Shown one piece after another: positions 51,545-54,172 of a stretch of 54,172 nucleotides of DNA. Made by a program: the position numbers and the translations under genes. Every line of letters starts with the position of its first letter. Position 1 is the first letter of the stretch. Location: contig NC_068982.1 in the NCBI RefSeq assembly GCF_001194135.2, positions 19,351,879-19,406,050 on the forward strand, written 5' to 3'. This DNA is from Octopus bimaculoides (Eukaryota). The notes below the pieces were generated by a model that made no database searches, was not told the DNA's origin, and was given only the letters and a program-made list of their open reading frames with translations.

Positions 51545-51745
51545 ATAAGGCCGTGAGTTGGTTAAATCACTTGCATGTCGGGCAAATAGCTTAGCGGTCT
51601 TTTGCTCAAATTATGCCGAGGTCGACATTGACTTTTATCGTTTCGTGGTTAATGTCATGAGTACCAGTTAAACACTGAGGTGGATGAAAACACTTTCCTC
51701 GTCTTCCCAAAATTGCTGGCTGTGTACCAAAATTTGAAACCAATA
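51545..51745 (+). mobile_element. SINE family B, diverged
   Basis: GCCGAGGTCGACATTGACTTTTATCGTTTCG..GAGTACCAGTT..CCCAAAATTGCTGGC. Confidence 0.75.
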
Positions 51746-53003
51746 CATCCATTAGAGTCTTAAATGTTTGATTTTAACTGAGGCGAACCTGCTCACTATT
51801 TTCAGCTGATTGAGTGGTTACGCAGAGTCTCTGTCCCTCACTTCACTAGTTTTATTGTTGAGATGGTGAAAGTTATGGACCTATGCAGTGTAACGAATAT
51901 CAATCACTCTTTTGAGACACTATTTAATTTAACATTCTAGACAGTCTCTTTGCAAGTAATGACATTAATGATGTTGAATACTACTTATCTAATGCCTACC
52001 GCCTAGTTAATGAGATATCAAGCTGTGCCATGATGTATTAAGTTATCGATAATTTTGATAAATTATTTAGTCAAACATCGAAACATTCATTCAGTGCACC
52101 GTGTGTCCAGACTCCTCTGCAGGTGCAATGCAGTGTCTAGTCAATAAGACATGTGTGTATTTATGACTTGTCACCTAATTGATGTTGATAACGAACATGC
52201 GAACGACAACAACTGTGATGAAGTTGATGAAAAGAAGGAGGAAAAGAAGCAGGAAGGGGAAGAGGAGGAGGAGGTGGTAAAAAAACGGTTTCGTTTGTTA
52301 TTGTAGCATTACTTCAGGCTTACAGTTATTTAATGACTCATATGCCAAAAAAAATAAAATCGAAGGAAAGAAAAGATATCGTAATTTTATATTAAAAGTT
52401 GTAATGTTTTAGTTTGAATGGCAAATTGCGTTGCAAATGTGGAAGCCATTAATGAAATGTATCAATTAATACGTGAAATCATTTTTCTTTTCTTGAAGAT
52501 TTCGGATTTTAAAGAGAAATATCAAAATTAAACATTGAGGAAAAAATATCTATGTCAAAAATATTCTTAACGACATATGCGTTAGGGAATTTATCATTCA
52601 TCTCCTTAATGGCTTTTATTCTTTAAATTAAGAAGGAAAAAAAAAACACTAGATACGTTCCGAAATATCAAGCCAAACATTTAAAACATTATATAGTGCT
52701 AATATAGCTAAAGCAATTTCATTGAACAAAGAAATGTCCAATGTTAGTTAATATATTAAAATCTTTCTTCCCATCATCCTTTATATATTTCTATAATTTA
52801 CTCATTAAATACTACTGCGTAAAGCGATATCATGTCTTCTCTTCCCGTTTCAGATATGTTTTTCCAGGATGTTTTTTTTTTTAATCAGAATTCTGATACG
52901 AATCAGGCAACCCCATTTCTCGTTGTCTTCGATCTTCCTATATATTATATATTTTCTTTGCGCATAATCAATACATATGGCTCAAAACACACACAGACAA
53001 CAC

Positions 53004-53049
<46 letters not shown>

Positions 53050-53124
53050 CAAAGTAAGCACTTAGTCAAGATTGTGCGAAGTTTTGTGATATCTTTGTGA
53101 TGATTTTTGCAACTGTAATAAGCC

Positions 53125-53290
53125 TATTAACGCCATAAAATCTGAAATTTTGGGGAGTAGTTTACATCGACCGAAGTACGTAACTGTTACTTAAATTTTT
53201 CACGCTAAAAGGGTGAAATGCAAAGTGGACACCGGCGGCATTAGGACTCAGAACGCGAAGACATACAAAGCACTTGCTAATTTTGCAGCT
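53125..53290 (-). mobile_element. SINE family B, diverged
   Basis: GCCATAAAATCTGAAATTTTGGGGAG..TACATCGACC..TGAAATGCAAAGTGGAC..GACTCAGAACG. Confidence 0.7.
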
Positions 53291-53365
53291 TTCATGCATT
53301 TATATACATATGTGTGTGCATATGTATATATGTATGTATGTATGTATGTACGTACGTATGTGTGT

Positions 53366-53440
53366 ATGCATATATGTGTGTATTTGATTATTTTAATGCA
53401 ATTTAATGCATATATGTGTGTATTTGATTATTTTAATGCA
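53366..53440 (+). repeat. Perfect 35-bp direct repeat, period 40
   Basis: ATGCATATATGTGTGTATTTGATTATTTTAATGCA at 53366-53400 and 53406-53440. Confidence 0.97.
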
Positions 53441-53844
53441 AAAATGGGATGTCAGAGTTATTTTCATTTTTGCACAATTTAGATGATATTTCATTCACTG
53501 CATCTTTTATATCAAAGAAGGTATAGATAATAGTCACTACATATTTTCCTATAATTACCACTGGAAACAGCTCTAAGCCACATTTACTCTGATAAAGGAA
53601 AGCTATGTAATGACTATTATTTATACGTTGTTTTTTATGTTACTCTGAGAAAGAAAGACCAGTCTGACTGGAGCCCAACCAAGGATTTAAAATATAGAAT
53701 TGAGATGAATCACAAACTCGGATTCTGCCATAAGAATATGCAAAGTTCCTCACTAATCTAAGCCACATACTTAGTCTGGTGTGCCACCAGAGGACTTACG
53801 AAGTATTTTGGCCGGAATGATAACCCCTCGCTATTGACTCCGAT

Positions 53845-54068
53845 AATATATATGTGTGAGTCCTTGTGTCTGTATTTGTTCTCACACCATCGCTTGTCAA
53901 CCGATGTTGGTGTGCTTACGTCCCCGTAACGTAGCGGTTCAGCAAAGAGACAGATAGAATAAGTACTAGGATTATAAAGAATAAGTCTTAGGGTCCAACT
54001 GGTCGACTAAAGGCGGCGCCACAGCATGACCGCAATTAAATGACTAAAACACGTAAAAGAATAAGAGA
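53845..54068 (+). mobile_element. SINE family A, 3' half, followed by (TACA)n(CA)n to the window end
   Basis: CACCATCGCTTGTCAACCGATGTTGGTGTGCTTACGTCCCCGTAAC..GATAGAATAAGTACTAGG..CAGCATGACCGCA. Confidence 0.9.
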
Positions 54069-54114
54069 CTATATGTATATTGTATACATACATACATACA
54101 TACATACATACATA

Positions 54115-54172
<58 letters not shown>

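Noticed and set aside
51806-51865. Candidate 60-nt exon LIEWLRRVSVPHFTSFIVEM with AG/GT ends
   Set aside because: No recognisable homology or partner exons; expected by chance.
1-54172. ORF-track entries rich in YI, CV, HT, LSIY, poly-F/E/R/N/L or X
   Set aside because: These are translations of microsatellites and N gaps, not genes.
1-54172. CRISPR array or prokaryotic defence system
   Set aside because: No regularly spaced repeats with unique spacers, no operon-like ORF density, no cas-like proteins.

Overview
AT-rich, microsatellite-dense, N-gapped eukaryotic draft-assembly DNA. The SINE families resemble those I recall from octopus, so this is probably intronic or intergenic Octopus sequence (inference, no search run). 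I can recognise no host protein-coding gene, true tRNA/rRNA gene, CRISPR array or prokaryotic feature. Most entries in the ORF track are artefacts of (TA)n/(CA)n/(TATC)n/(TTC)n tracts or N-runs. The window is a mobile-element graveyard. It holds about 25-30 tRNA-derived SINE copies of four architectures: a microsatellite-containing CORE-like family A, a Deu/Nin-like family B, and families C and D, which share a hairpin-ended 3' tail and have clear 10-13 bp TSDs. It also holds two co-oriented decayed Penelope-like elements (RT, thumb and possibly GIY-YIG) at about 10.3-15.5 kb with a 109-bp direct repeat, several RTE-clade LINE fragments, and a mariner D,D34D transposase remnant. The leads most worth testing are decayed hammerhead-ribozyme-like motifs, a pseudoknot-capable RTE 5' leader, SINE module shuffling, and the 109-bp duplication flanking a 1.66-kb segment. 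All translations and folds were done by eye and need computational confirmation. I found no convincing intact novel system.
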